Shown here: positions 36,421 to 50,460 of the stretch, piece by piece
Position numbering within the stretch: the stretch's first letter is position 1
Layout of the letters: every line of letters starts with the position of its first letter
Assembly (NCBI RefSeq): GCF_006345805.1
Contig: NC_042998.1
Location: forward strand, 184,078,001 to 184,142,000
DNA from: Octopus sinensis
Lineage: Eukaryota
Direction of reading: 5' to 3'
Length of the DNA stretch: 64,000 bases
Program-made: the position numbers and the translations under genes
Notes under the pieces: generated by a model
Seen by the model: only the letters and a program-made list of their open reading frames with translations
Databases searched by the model: none
What the model was told of the DNA's origin: nothing

Positions 36421-36739
36421 TGAAACACCAGTCCATCATAAGATTACTCATTTTTGTCCGCTGAGAGGACTGAAACAATGTGAAATGAAGTGTTTTTCTC
36501 AAGAGTACATGTTGCCTTGTTCAAAAACCGAAAGTACAATCTTACAATCATGAGTCCAACACCCTAACCACTAAGCCATGCACCACATAGTTAAAAGGCT
36601 GATCATAAACCTTTTCTCCCGTCATTTCTTCTGAGACAGAGTCTGACAATACGACAATATCTGTGGAGGCTTCCAGTTGATGTCAAGATCTTTCAAGTTT
36701 TAATTTCTATGCAGCATAATATTTTTATAGATAAGTTTT

Positions 36740-36935
36740 GGCACAAGGCCAGCAATTTTGAGGGAAGGTAAGGTCGATTAGATCGCCCCCAGTATACTAC
36801 TGGTATTTATTTTATTGACCCCAAAAGGATGAAATACACGTGGACCTTGGTGAAATTTGAACTCAGAACATAAAGACAGACGAAATGCAGCTGAGCATTT
36901 TGCCTGGTCTGCTAACATTTCTGCTAGCTTGCTGC
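36740..36935 (-). mobile_element. SINE family C variant, diverged
   Basis: gacccc.aaaggatgaaa...aatttgaactcagaac...tttctgctagctt. Confidence 0.72.
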
Positions 36936-37759
36936 CTAAAATAAAAATGGTTTTAAATTTTGGCACAGGGCCAACCATGTTCAGGGGGTATCAGTTACAT
37001 TGACCCTAGTGTTCAACTGGTACTTATTTTATTGAGACCAAAAAGATGTTGGTACCAATATTAGTATGGCAAATGCATTGTAGATATTGTCTTATCAGAG
37101 TTCTTAATGCTGTTGCACTTTACAAAGTCTGGCCACTGAAACTTTGCTCACATATATTATAATATTATAATATATAATATATTATAATATTATATGTAAT
37201 ATATTATAATATATTGAATAATATTATAATACATTGCATAGTATTATAATATATTGTATAATATCATATGATAAACATCTATGTATTTGTAGAAATAGCA
37301 GCCAAAGTCACTCAAATACACCCTACCATCTCCAAAAGAAAAGTGAGTGAAGATAAATTGGACAATGTAATCATTGATATACAAGAAAGACAGGATGGTC
37401 ACAGCTTGAGTGTCTTTGACTAATGGTAGGCCTACACAATTAGCATATGTCTGAGACGCAACATCATCATCATCATTGTCATCATCGTCAACAGCAGCAG
37501 CAACAACAACAACAACAGCAACAATAGCAACAACAACAACAACAGCAGCTGCAGCAACCGTTCCCATCATTTGACAGCACCTGCACTCATATACTATCAC
37601 ACACACATACACACACACACACACATGCATGCACACACACACACAAATATAGATATGCGTTCACATCTATATTAATGTTATAGATTAGTGATAAATCTTC
37701 AGCAAACTGAGTGAGTGACACGAGTTTGAATTTGGGTTGTGTTATTTGGTTTTACATTA

Positions 37760-37984
37760 TCCTTATATGTGTGTGTGAATGTGTGAATGCGTGTGTGTGT
37801 GAATGTGTGAATGTGTGTGTGTGTGTGTGTGTGTGTGAATGTGTGTGTGTGTGCATGTGCATACATATATGTGTTTTTGTATGATGCTCGTGTATGTGTG
37901 TGTGTGTATTGAACTCTGCAGTTCACTCCATTATCCAGTTTAGTATGTGTGTTTGAATATGTATGTGTGCACACACATGTGTGA

Positions 37985-38031
<47 letters not shown>

Positions 38032-38347
38032 TGTGTGTGTATGTGTGTGTATGAGAGTTATCACTCATAATCAATAACCAATAACTTTGAAAGAAACACA
38101 CTCTACCAAGTTGATTCCCTTTGAAATGCAACATGAAAGTGAAAATCGTTTGTGGAGATTTAATGATCCAATAAGGGTTACAACACAATTTGTATGTAAA
38201 TCTGAATGCGCTTATATGCATGTGTGTGTGTATGTGTGTGTATATACACGCACTTTCACACAACGCACACACATATATGATGGCAATAATGTATGTGTGT
38301 GTGTGTGTGTGTGTATATATATGTGTGTATATATATGTGTGTATATA

Positions 38348-38435
<88 letters not shown>

Positions 38436-38725
38436 TTATATATGTATGTATGTACGTACGTATGTATGTATATATGTATGTATGTACGTACGTATGTATT
38501 TATGTATGTATGTATGTATGTGTGTATGTAAGTGTATGTATGTATGTATGTATGTATGTATGTGTGCATGTGCACACATATATGTGTGTGTGTATATATG
38601 TATATGTATATATTTATATATGTATGTATGTACGTACGTATGTATGTATATATGTATTTATTTAATGTAGGTATGTATGTATGTGTGTATGCAAGTGTAT
38701 ATGTGTGTGTGTGCATGTGCACAGG
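37760..38725. repeat. (TG)n/(TA)n/(TATG)n microsatellite field
   Basis: Direct reading. Confidence 0.9.
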
Positions 38726-39937
38726 CATGCTGTGTGGTTAAGAAATTTATTTCCCATCCACATGGTTTTAAGTTCAATCCCACCTGACATATGTCTCCTA
38801 CTACAGTTCCAGGCTTACCAAGTGGGGGTTCACAGCTTAGTGGTTAAAGTATTGGATTCATGATTGTAAGACTGTGCTTTTGATTCCTGAACTGGGAGGT
38901 GTGTTGTGTTCTTGAGCAAAACATTTCATTTCACATTGGTCCAGTCTGCTCAATTGGCAAAAAATTCTGTACCTGACTTCCCATCCAGGTACAGAATATA
39001 TACGCCATGAAACTAGAAACCTGGCTCTTATGAGGTGGCATTACTTGGGAAGGTAACTTTACTTTTACCAAGCTAATGAAAGCCTTATTAATAGATTTAT
39101 TAAATGGAAACTGAAAGAAGCTCATTGTGTGTGTGTGTATGCATACACACATATATGCATACACACATATATGCATACACACATATATGTGTGTGTGTGT
39201 GTGTGTATTTGTGAGTATGCATGCGTAAAAGAAAGCACAGTAATGTGTGCCATGCAGCTAAAATCAGACTCTGCAGTCCACTCCAATATCCAGTTTAGTA
39301 TGAAGTGAGGCAACAAACTTGGGATAAGTTAGGGTGTGGAAGGTGATACTAATAACCAGTTGTTAGCACTCACTATACAGAGTTTTAGACTAAAACAAGA
39401 GACTAGTATAGAATATATTATTAATTATTGAATGGCAAGGGAACAAGGATTATGTAATGAACTTCATTAGCTTACAGCTGTTTCTGCTATAAGAAACATT
39501 ACACTCAGAGCTGAGTGCTTGTGCAAGATCTTAAAACTTCCTTGGATCCATCAAAATGAAATGTATGCTTATTTTGGAAAGCATTTAAATAACTTAAAAT
39601 GATTACTTTTGGAGTGATATATTATCATAAATAATCTTCTCTACTATGGGCACGAGGCCTGAAATTTTGGGGGAAGGGAAATGTTGATCACATTGACCCC
39701 GTAAAGACAGGCGAAATACTGCTAAGCATTATGCCTGGCGTGCTAACGATTATCTCAGCTTATTGTTTTAATACAATCATAAATAATACAATACAGTTTG
39801 AAGGTGAGAGGTCACAGAAATATGCAAGTTTAGATAAATATATTTATTCTTAAAGACCACAATGAAAATACATATAACTATTCATACACAAACAAAAATA
39901 CATACACATGTTTTATTAATACATATCTAAATGGATA

Positions 39938-40586
39938 CAGTGATCCCTCATTTATTGTTGTAGATTGGTTCTGAGACAGGCCATGATAACTGAATTTCCG
40001 CAAAGTAGGGACACCATATTTACAGTATTTATTTAATGTGTATTTGGACTTTTAAAACTCTCCCTGTACTGTTAACAACCCAGTAGTCTATTAATAACAA
40101 GGACAACTGTTAAGCAATAACACTTTAGATTTAAAAAAATAAAGATTGTTACTGTTACACAGGCCAGATTACAAAATAGAAAGCTGTGATTCGTTGTCTC
40201 TCTCCATAGCACCAATCGCAGCCCGTCTTAAGTTCAAATACCCCTGTATATGCTTTTTTTGCTATTTTACGCTTGCTTTGTTGTTCCTAGACAAGGAAAT
40301 AATATTTATTATTAATATTTTGGCGTTAGGAAGGACATCCAGCTGTAGAAACACTGCCAGATCAGACTGGGCCTGATGCAGCCTTCTGGCTTCACAGACC
40401 CCAGTTGAACTGTCCAATCCATGCTAGCATGGAAAGCGGACGCTAAATGATGATGACGATGATGATGATGATGATGATTTTAATGGAATTAATGAAAAAT
40501 TTTAGGCGTTCATATATATATATTTTAAAAATCCGCGAAGTCGTGAATCCATGATAGTTGAACCGCGAAGTAGCAAGAGATCACTG
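39938..40586. mobile_element. Tigger/pogo-like non-autonomous element with nested RTE tail (40321-40477, +)
   Basis: TA-cagtgatccctc ... gagatcactg-TA; subterminal ccgc(a/g)aagt motifs at both ends. Confidence 0.75.
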
Positions 40587-40698
40587 TACATACATATGAA
40601 TACAAAAAAATAAATAAATTAGATGACTAGATGAATATATGACCTTAATGACCCAGACAAAATAGAAGGCTGTGGAAACAGATCAACTAATGGACATA

Positions 40699-41095
40699 CA
40701 GTCTGAAGTCAAAGTATCTAATTTTCCTGAAAATGTTATTTTCCACTTTTGATGTGATGGCTTTATCTATAATTTCAGTGGAGGCTAGGAAAGACCAGAC
40801 AACCTATTCTAAGAGACAAATTGCTCAGATGTTGTGATAGAAGCCATAAAAGTGTTGACAGCTCCCTCTGCACTGCTACATCCACAGACTGACATTAGGT
40901 GAATGTGGTGAGTTCAGGAGCTGTCAACAGTTTTATGATTTCCTCCACCACATCTCAACCATTTGTCTAATAGCATAGGATGTCTGGCCTTTTCCTAACT
41001 GTCATTCTAAATTATCTCCGTGTCTACATAAAAGCCATCACATCAAAAGTTGAAAATAACATTTTCTTGAGAATAAGACACTGTTGACCAAACTG
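40699..41095. mobile_element. Fold-back MITE with ~170-bp inverted arms (TA flanks, CAGT ends)
   Basis: 40729-40764/41031-41066 35/36 complementary; 40845-40865/40917-40937 20/21; TA at 40697-98 and 41096-97. Confidence 0.85.
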
Positions 41096-42824
41096 TATCA
41101 TCTAATATGTCAAATGTTTATGATTGTAAAATATGATTTAAGGAACATTTGATTGCTTTATTTCATAGGTCAAGTTAGCACATAGTGCTTCCTTGATTTC
41201 GTTTTCTTTTTTAGGCATTGTGTATTCCAATGGTCGGCTATTATGAAGGAAGGATTCCAAAATGTTGGCTTTGTCCCTAAATGTTGGCTTTGTCCCATTA
41301 TACAGGAGAGACTTGGTTTCTCTTTCTTGTAGCTTAATGGACTGCATACGATCTCCCTTGTTTGCTTATAATAGATGCTTGTTATTGTTATTTAGCTTCA
41401 GGTTAGCCCTAATTGTGCTGACCAATGTTGCTCCAGCTGTCACAATGCCATCTTTTTGCATTGCAAGAAGAACGTTATCCAATGTAACCTTTTAAAGATA
41501 GAGTATGATTTGATTGACATTTGGCTGATATTTCTATGTGTAGGGCACCTGAACACTGTATACAATTAGCTCATTATATAACCTATATAAGTAGTGGCTT
41601 CCTCATTATTCATCTATGGTAGCTAAAACCTCAGATCTTAATGTGCTAAACCAGACACTCACACTTTCTCTTGTCTGTTCTTCTTTCTCACTTTTGATTT
41701 TGATCTTATTATATCTCCTAATTCAGTAATCAATTCTTCTGTTATAAAGAAAAATAACGTGATCTTATTGTTGAATAATTTATTTTTCAATTAGAAAATG
41801 GGGTGGAAAGATTCCGCCAGTTCTTAGCCAAACAAGTTTGCAATTAGTTGTTGACGCCTAATTAGAATCACTTCACCTTTATAATTAATGCCATAGAAAT
41901 AGCCATGGCCGTAATAACTTCCAATTTCTCACCTTCATAAAGCTGAGACATTGTTATGAAATTTTAAACTTTGTCACTTCAATCATATTTTCAGTGTATG
42001 CATCCATAAATACATGAATTCTTGCACACATACTTAAATAAATAATGCATACATGCATACATAAATACATGCATGTATGCATGCATGCATGCATTCATAC
42101 ATACATACATACATACATATATGTACTGCTGCAACCAGAGTGAAATGCAGAATCAAAGTCACCCTCCCTCTCTCTCCCTCACTTTTTCTTCTCTATCTCT
42201 TTTTCTCTCTCTCTCTTTTTACTCTATGTATATATAGCTAGTCTCTTGTCTTTTTTGTCAGTCTATGCTATGTTTATATCATTAAAGAGTATTGTCAGTA
42301 GAGGTTGAATGGAAGAGTTGGTGCATGGCTGTGTGTCTGAGTACCGTGCTTCTCAATCATATGCATTTGGGTTCAGTCTCACTGCATGGACCCCCGGGCA
42401 ACTGTTTTGTACTATATCCCTTGGCGAACTAAAGCCTTGTGAGTGGATTTCATACACTTGAATGAATGTTTATAAGCCTTAAAAATTTACTCTGACACTG
42501 CCTAAGGGCATAGCATAGTGGATAAAGGCACTAGTTAATGCAGTGCAGTTACCAAGAGGTTCTGAGTTCAATCCCAAGCAAGGCACTAAAATGAATCATA
42601 AGACATTTAAAGAAGACTGGAGCATATACAGTCGATATGTATTGAAAAGACACCACTCTGACTAATACATGATATAAAAATTCTTCATCTCAGAAAAACA
42701 GAATTGTACAAGGGAAAATATTACCTTGTTTGGAGACAGTTAAAGATTGGTGAATGGAAGATGAGGAAAACTTACCTCAACAAATTATATCTAACCGATG
42801 CAAGTATAGAAAAGTTAGTATTAA

Positions 42825-42874
<50 letters not shown>

Positions 42875-42876
<2 letters not shown>

Positions 42877-44937
42877 TCATCATCATCAGTATCATCATTT
42901 AGCATCTACTTTCCATGCTGGTATGGACAGTTTGACAGGAGCTAGCAAGGCTGGGATTCACATCAAGCTCTATTTTTTGATTTGGTATGCTTCCTACAGC
43001 TGGATACCCTTCCTAACACCAACCACTTTACAGAGTGTAATGGGTGCTTTTTATGTGGCACTAGCACCAGTGCTTTTGACATGGCACAATCAACAACAGG
43101 ATCACCAAATACCTTGCAAGACAAAAGCAGGCACAAAATCGCCAACTGCGCAGGGGAGTACTACTGAAGGGTTGGCCTTGTGACAGTCAAAAGATTAAAG
43201 GTATAGAGGGAAGGCAGCGAGCTGGCAGAAGCGTTAGCATGCCGGGTGAAATGCATAGCTGTATTTTGTCTGCCGATACGTTCTGAGTTCAAATTCAGCC
43301 GAGGTCGACTTTGCCTTTCATCCTTTCAGGGTCGATAAATTAAGTACCAGTTACGCACTGGGGTTGATATAATCGACTTAATCCGTTTGTCTGTCCTTAT
43401 TTGTCATTTCTGTGTTTAGCCCCTTGTGGGTAGTAAAGAAATAGGTATAGAGGGAAAGAGATAAATGTCTAGCTGTAGATGCGTGGATATCCCAGTTGGA
43501 AAAGAAAGGAGAATGAGTTACAGAGTAAGATAAAGAGAGCAATAATCAGAGGGATTGTAGAAACGATGTGCCAGGACAGGCTCTCAAGAGACACTGAAGA
43601 TGGGGAGAATAGGTGGAGTGATACAAAGGTTTTGGACTGGGTGAGCGGGCATGATAGAGGTGACTGTAACAACTGATGGGGTGAAATATAAGAGAGGCTC
43701 AGGGACAGGGGTTGCAGTAGATATGTGAGGGCCTTGAGGGTGATAGTAGATGAACTAGGTGTTTATGATGGAGAACGGCACAGAGGAGAGAAGGTACAGA
43801 AAGGAGATGATTAGTGGAGACAGTGGGCGGGAGAAGATAATGAGAAATGGAAGTGGTTTAGGGTGGGGAAGAAAGGTAACTGAGAAAGTCAGTGGGGATG
43901 TAGCATGTACCTATTCTGCCTCTCAGGTAACATAGAAGTGAAGGGTGTTAGGGGATGAAATGTGGGGGAAAAAGCTGACAGGGCAGAAAGGATGGTAATG
44001 GGGGCAGGGCAGAGCAGCTCTTGAATAAACATTACCAAAGTGGTTTTAGGATGGGTTTTCTTGAGTACAGTAAGGCATCAGATATCTCAGTCCTTTAGCA
44101 TCTCCTTCGTAAGGCTCAACATCTTGAGATCAGCCATCAATACTTCATCCCATATATTCTTAGGTCCCTTTCTTATACAAGTTCCATCCACTTTAAGTGA
44201 TCAGCACATCTTTATGCAACTGTTCTTATCCATATGCATCACATGAACACAGACTTCTCTCTTGCACGCTACATCTAATTTCTCTTTTCTCTCAATACAA
44301 GCACTCTTTTGCACATGAACCCCAACATTGCACATCCAGTCTCTAGTCTTCACATGTTCTCTGCATTCAGGGCCCATGTCTCACTACCATGTAGCATTGC
44401 TGTTTGTACACATGCATCAGACAATCTTCCTTTCACTTGCACTATATGTAGCATTGTTGTTTGTACACATGCATCAGACAAATCTTCCTTTCACTTGGAG
44501 AGAGAGACCTTTGGTTACCAACAGACGTAGAAGCTCTCTGAATCAGCTCCATCCTATTCTTATTCTTGTAATTACACTTCTAGTGCATCCTCCTTCACTG
44601 CTAACTAGGTCACGTAGGTAGCAGAAATTATCTACTACTTTCAGAAAGCCTCCAGAGCATTTGAGAAAATCAATTTCCTGTTTATCTGCAGACTTTATGA
44701 CTCCTATACATTTCCTACATGCAAACACGAGGTTCTCTGCTAACCTTCCTATTATTCCACTGCACCTCTTGTATATCCATAGTTTGCACTGAGAATACTG
44801 AATGGAATTCCTACCTATGCTTTTCCTACATATTGAGCAGGGTCCAGTTACCTGAAGTGGATAGGGTCCTGTCCATCTTTTTTGTTTACTAGGACCTTGG
44901 TCTTTGCTAAGTTAACTCTAAAGCCCTTCAGTTCCAG
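42875..44937 (-). mobile_element. Older RTE subfamily copy with long purine-rich 3'UTR
   Basis: ELKGFRVNLAKTKVL, finger remnant, VVDNFCYLRD...RIRIGW; diverged tail at 42875-42930. Confidence 0.78.
43213..43442 (+). mobile_element. SINE family C with 14-bp TSD
   Basis: TSD aggtatagagggaa at 43199-43212 and 43443-43456. Confidence 0.92.
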
Positions 44938-45297
44938 TATGTATGTGTGTGTGTGTGTGTGTGTTGTATGTATGCATGCATGTTGTATGCATGCATGTTG
45001 TATGCTTGCACACGTGCACGCATGTGTGTGTATGTGTGTGTGTGTGTATAACCAATGTTCTGCAATGAGTGTCAGGGGCATGAAGTATTCTGGATTGCAA
45101 GATAATGTACCAGAGAGAACGAAGAAGTTGTGGGTGAGAAATGCATATGGATAGATAATGGTGTGCTTGCACTTGGGGAATCTGTAAAGAAAGAGGTATG
45201 AAGGTACTACTATGAAAGGCTGCTAAATGTGGAGAATGAACGAGAGAAAGAGAGTCTTTGCAATGGGAACCCAGCAGATGAACGAGGTATTATAATT

Positions 45298-45839
45298 GGT
45301 GCCCCTGGCACGTAAAAAGCACCCTCTACACTCTCGGAGTGGTTGGCATTAGGAAGGGCATCCAGCTGTAGAAACACTGCCAGATCAGACTGGGCCTGGT
45401 GCAGCTTCCTGGCTTCCCAGACCCCAGTCGAACCGTCCACCCCATGCTAGCATGGGAAGCGGATGTTAAGTTAAGTTAAGTTAATTTTTTGGCTCAAAAA
45501 GCAAAAAGCAAGGCCATGTAGGGGGACATGGAGTTATGTACAGGGTGGTGTTCATGCAAAGAGTTCAGGCCATTTGTGGTCAAGGGAGACTTTGAACCGA
45601 GCAGTCGTCGGCATCTTCACTATCTTGTCCGGCAGCTTATTCCACGGATCCGCAACCCGGACGGAGAAAGCCCCTCTCCTTCGATTGAGATGAAATCGTC
45701 GCAGATAGAGCTTTTCAGAGTGACCCCGTAGCCAACGCTCTGGAGCAGGAGTGAAGAACAGCTCTTTCGAGAGGTTACACTTTCCGCTTATGATGCTGTG
45801 AGTAAGAATGAGATCACCAATGTTAAACGATGATGATGA
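45298..45839 (+). mobile_element. RTE family A tail, itself split by a CR1 fragment
   Basis: ccatgctagcatgggaagcggatgttaa|...|acgatgatgatga. Confidence 0.85.
45470..45819 (-). mobile_element. CR1-clade LINE 3' end (second family), (TTAAC)n tail
   Basis: LRGHSEKL...RRGAFSVRVADPWNKLP...FKVSLD; TSD atgttaa 45463-45469/45820-45826. Confidence 0.85.
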
Positions 45840-46877
45840 GTAGTATGATAGATAAAGCAATTAAGGATAGGATGGTCGAGAAAGCCCCTTGTCCATTACA
45901 AATCAACACTGAGACGCTTAAGATATCTGGCAAAGTAGGATATGGCTGGTCATACGTATAGTCAATCAGGTTGAGTAAGGTGTTATACCTAACAAATGGT
46001 GTAACATCATTAAAGTCAACTGTTATGAGGGTAAATAAGATGACATAAACAGAAGTAATTACAGAGGTATCAAATTGTAGGGCCAGGGTGTGAAAGTTAC
46101 AGAAAGAGATATAATCCAATTAATTTAGAAGAGAATTAAACTAGATGAGATGCACTTTGGTTTTGTGCCAAGGGAAAGTATTATTGATGTCTTCTTTCTA
46201 TTAACAGCTGCAGGAGAGGTATTTAAACAATATGAAGCCATTGTACTTGGCTTTCATCGATCTAGAGGAAAAAAAAAAAAAACTTCAACAGGGTCTCTTG
46301 TTCTGTAACATGGTGGTCTCTGAGGAAGCTAGGGATAGATGACTGGCTGGTGAGAGCCATAATAACAATGTACAGAGGTGCTGTTATTAAAGAGTGAGTT
46401 AGTACAGTAACAAATTTAGCTCTACAGGTATGAGTCCTCTTGGCCATAACAAGAATTTAAGACCAGTTGCCCTTGGTAATAACTTTATGTTGACGATGCC
46501 ATTTTTACAACAGAATCTGTTGCAGATTAGAAAAGAAATTCTAATTATGGAATCAAAGGGCCTTGAAGTTAACTTAGCAAAGACCAAAGTACAAGTAAGC
46601 AGGCAAAAAGAAAAACAGGATTTTACTCCCTTCAGGAAAATAACCCTGCTCAATATGTAGGAAAAGCATAGGTATAAATTCTATATGTTGTATTTAATGC
46701 AAGTTGTAGACACAAAAATCATAACATCTTATGACTGTCATATCTCATCTTTAAAACCTTCTTGTATCTGCTGTCATTCTCAGCAACCTCTCCCATCTGT
46801 CATCAATAGCCCTCCTCACTCTTGTCATCATCACCTTCTTTATCTTCTTTCCAGCTACTTACACACACCTTCATATA

Positions 46878-47110
46878 TGTTTCTTTATTACCCACAAGGG
46901 GTTAAACATAGAGGGGACAAACAAGGACAGACAAACGGATTAAGGCGATTACATCGACACCAGTGCTTAACTGGTACTTAATTTATCGACCCCGAAAGGA
47001 TGAAAGGCAAAGTCGACCTCGGCGGAATTTGAACACAGAAGGTAACGGCAGACAAAATATACGGATACTCATTTCGCCTGGCGTGCTAACGTTTCTGCCA
47101 GCTCGCCGCC
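46878..47110 (-). mobile_element. SINE family C
   Basis: Reverse complement of 10901-11130; flanking ttcatata direct repeat. Confidence 0.9.
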
Positions 47111-47630
47111 TTCATATAATGTGAGATAGCAATGTATCTCTTCAATAGAAAGACACCTATACTTGTCCCTTTATCATACTTTAGCCTTTCAATACCTGGC
47201 ATAAGGTCATCTCCCTCTTTACTAAACCCCCACTCAGTGAAGGAGGCTTTTTTTTTTTTCATGTGAGTTACTTGGCAACCTACTAGTCATGAAAGAGAGC
47301 ACCTAGTATACTCTGTAAAATAGTTGGCATTAGGAAAGGCATCAGGTTGTAGAATCCATACAAAAGCTGACATTGGAGCTTGACACAGTTCATCAGTATA
47401 TCTTGGATACTGTCAAATCATCCTACCCATGCCAGCATGGAAGACAGAATGTTAAATGATGACGATGATGATGACATGTATGTATGTATGTATGTATGTA
47501 TGTATGATCATGTAATAATATAAATAATATATAAATATATGCATATATACATACATATATGTACATGGGTACAGGACATCAAAAAACTTTGAACACACAC
47601 ACACACATATATATATGTATGTATATATAT

Positions 47631-47696
<66 letters not shown>

Positions 47697-47879
47697 GTGT
47701 AGGAAGATTTATATATTAAATATATATATTAATATAAAACTTCAAATTTCCGCACTAAGGCACGGTTTTTATGCCCCATGGTCGTAACTTCAACCGTGCG
47801 TTTTCTGTTGTGATTTTTGCTACCCAGGTATCGGTTATCATTTGAATTATCCGTAATAAGATAATTCATTTATCTACTT

Positions 47880-47955
<76 letters not shown>

Positions 47956-48394
47956 ATATGTATGTATGTATGTATATAAAGATAGATAAATAGATAGATA
48001 GATACATACATACATACATACATACATACATACATACATACATACATACATACATACATACATACATAAATAGAAAAACTGATACCTACACACACACACA
48101 TATATACAATCTTATTATGGTGAAGCTTATTAATGAAGTAATTTAACAAACAAAAGCACGAAAACAAACCTACTCTTACAGTAGTTGCTCAAATTTCAAC
48201 CTCCTCGTAATGAACTATCTCATTGCACGCACAAAATTGCAATTTGTCAGTCACACTTGGTTTGTGTTTTTGTGTTGAGGAGTTGTTACTAATGCTACAT
48301 TATACCACGTGTGTAGCCAGTTTGTAATTACTTAAAGTGTAGTAATTAACAAATCAAAATAATAATTTCAATATTTTTTGTTATTAGCTGCTGA

Positions 48395-48674
48395 CATGGC
48401 TGTGTGGTAAAGATGCTTGCTTCCCAACCACATGGTTTTGAGTTTAGTCCCACTGCATGGCACCTTAGGGAAATGTCTACTACTGTAACCCTGGGCCTTG
48501 TGAGTGGAATTGGTAGATGGAAACTGAATGAAGCCAGTGGTATATGTATGTATGTATGTATGTATGTAGTATGTATGTATGTATGTATGTATGTATGTAT
48601 GTATGTATGTATGTATGTATGTATGTATGTGTGTATGTATGTATGTATGTGTGTGTATGTATGTATACACATAC

Positions 48675-48740
<66 letters not shown>

Positions 48741-48773
48741 GTCTATCTATCTATCTATCTACCTACCTACATA

Positions 48774-48826
<53 letters not shown>

Positions 48827-48829
48827 CTA

Positions 48830-48866
<37 letters not shown>

Positions 48867-48881
48867 ATTTGGTTGTTTGTT

Positions 48882-48912
<31 letters not shown>

Positions 48913-49031
48913 TTGGCTGTTTGTTTGTTTGTCTGTCTGTCTGTCTATCTATCTATTTGACTGTTTGTCTGTCTGTCTGTCTGTTTATCAATCTATCTAT
49001 CTACCTATCTATCTCTCTGTCTATTTATCTG

Positions 49032-49111
<80 letters not shown>

Positions 49112-49408
49112 CCTACCTACCTATTTATCTACCTACATATCTAACTACATACATATATATGTCATTGCGTTTGCATGTTTGCCCCCCCCCCACCACCACC
49201 ACTAGTTGACAAACTGAGTTGTTTTGTTTATGTCCCCATTTAATGATTCAGCAAAAAGAGACTGATGGAATAAGTACTAGGCTTAAGAAAAACCCCAAAA
49301 AACGAAAAACAAGTACTGGAGTTGATTTGTACATCAAAACCCTTCAAGGCAGTGCCCCAACATGGCTACAGTCTAATGACTGAACTAATTAAAGATAAAC
49401 AATAAAAG
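48395..49408 (+). mobile_element. SINE family B with ~620-bp expanded central microsatellite
   Basis: Head 48395-48540, (TATG)/(TATC)/(TC)/(TA)/(TGTC) blocks, tail 49160-49408. Confidence 0.78.
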
Positions 49409-49664
49409 ACTCCTTCATGCCACATAATCAGGAATTGTAGAAGGAGGAGGAAAAGCAAAGCTTTGTTGCAGATTCATTAAGACTTGCACAATTATCTTTA
49501 GAACCATAACGAATCGATTCGTCAAAATCAAAGTTGCTTTGCAAAATTTGAGTGTAATTCATTTAAATTAACATGAATATAAAGTAAAATTATGGAAAAA
49601 TATAGAAGAAATGTTAATTGTTTGGGTAGATGGTATGTCACAGCAACACTCATCATTTTCCATT

Positions 49665-49872
49665 ACTCTTTTATTCTTTTACTTGCTTCAGTTATTTGAT
49701 TGTGGCCATGCTGGAGCACCGCCTTTAGTCGAAAAAGTCAACCCCAGGACCTATTCTTTGTAAGCCTAGTACTTATTCTATCGGTCTCTTTTGCCGAACT
49801 GCTAAGTAACGGGGACGTAAGCATACCAGCATCGGTTGTCAAGCGATGTTGGGGGGACAAACACACACACAC

Positions 49873-49903
<31 letters not shown>

Positions 49904-50070
49904 CACATGACAGGCTTCTTTCAGTTTCCGTCTACCAAATCCACTCACAAGGCTTTGGTCGGCTTGAGGCTATAGTAGAAGACACTTGCCCAAGGTGCTA
50001 TGCAGTGGGACTGAACCTGGAACCAAGTGGTTGGTAAGCAAGCTGCTTACCACACAGCCAATCCTACACC
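49665..50070 (-). mobile_element. SINE family B, full length
   Basis: Homologous to 21525-21923. Confidence 0.9.
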
Positions 50071-50203
50071 TATGCAACAAAAAGTGCTATATTTACTTAA
50101 CTGACAAAAAAAAAACACAAGACACAAAATTGAGCTAGTCAACCAAATGTTTGTTGCTTCTGATGAATGGTTTGAATGGTGAAATTGAAATGTTCTAGTC
50201 TCT

Positions 50204-50460
50204 CATCATCATCATCATCATCATCATCATTTAACGTCTGCTTTCCATGCTAGCATGGGTTGGACGATTTTGACTGAGGTCTGGCGAACCAGATGGCTGC
50301 ACCAGACTCCAATCTGATCTGGCAGAGTTTCTACAGCCAGATATGCCCTTCCTAATGCCAACCACTCCGAGAGGGTAGTGGGTGCTTTTACGTGCCACCA
50401 ACATGAGGGCCAGTCAGGCGGTACTGGCAATGGCCACGCTCAAATGGTGATTTTTATGTG
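50204..50460 (-). mobile_element. RTE family A 3'UTR fragment
   Basis: (cat)n, palindrome, first UTR modules. Confidence 0.88.

Larger units (their letters stand above)
45060..46710 (+). pseudogene. Old RTE linker + RT fragment, interrupted by nested insertions
   Basis: VVGEKCI..D, YERLLNVENE, DKAIKD...KAP, LDEMHFGFVP, MESKGLEVNLAKTKV. Confidence 0.78.

Noticed and set aside
37150-37265. AT-only self-complementary tract
   Set aside because: Low-complexity (ATATTATA)n; palindromy is trivial.
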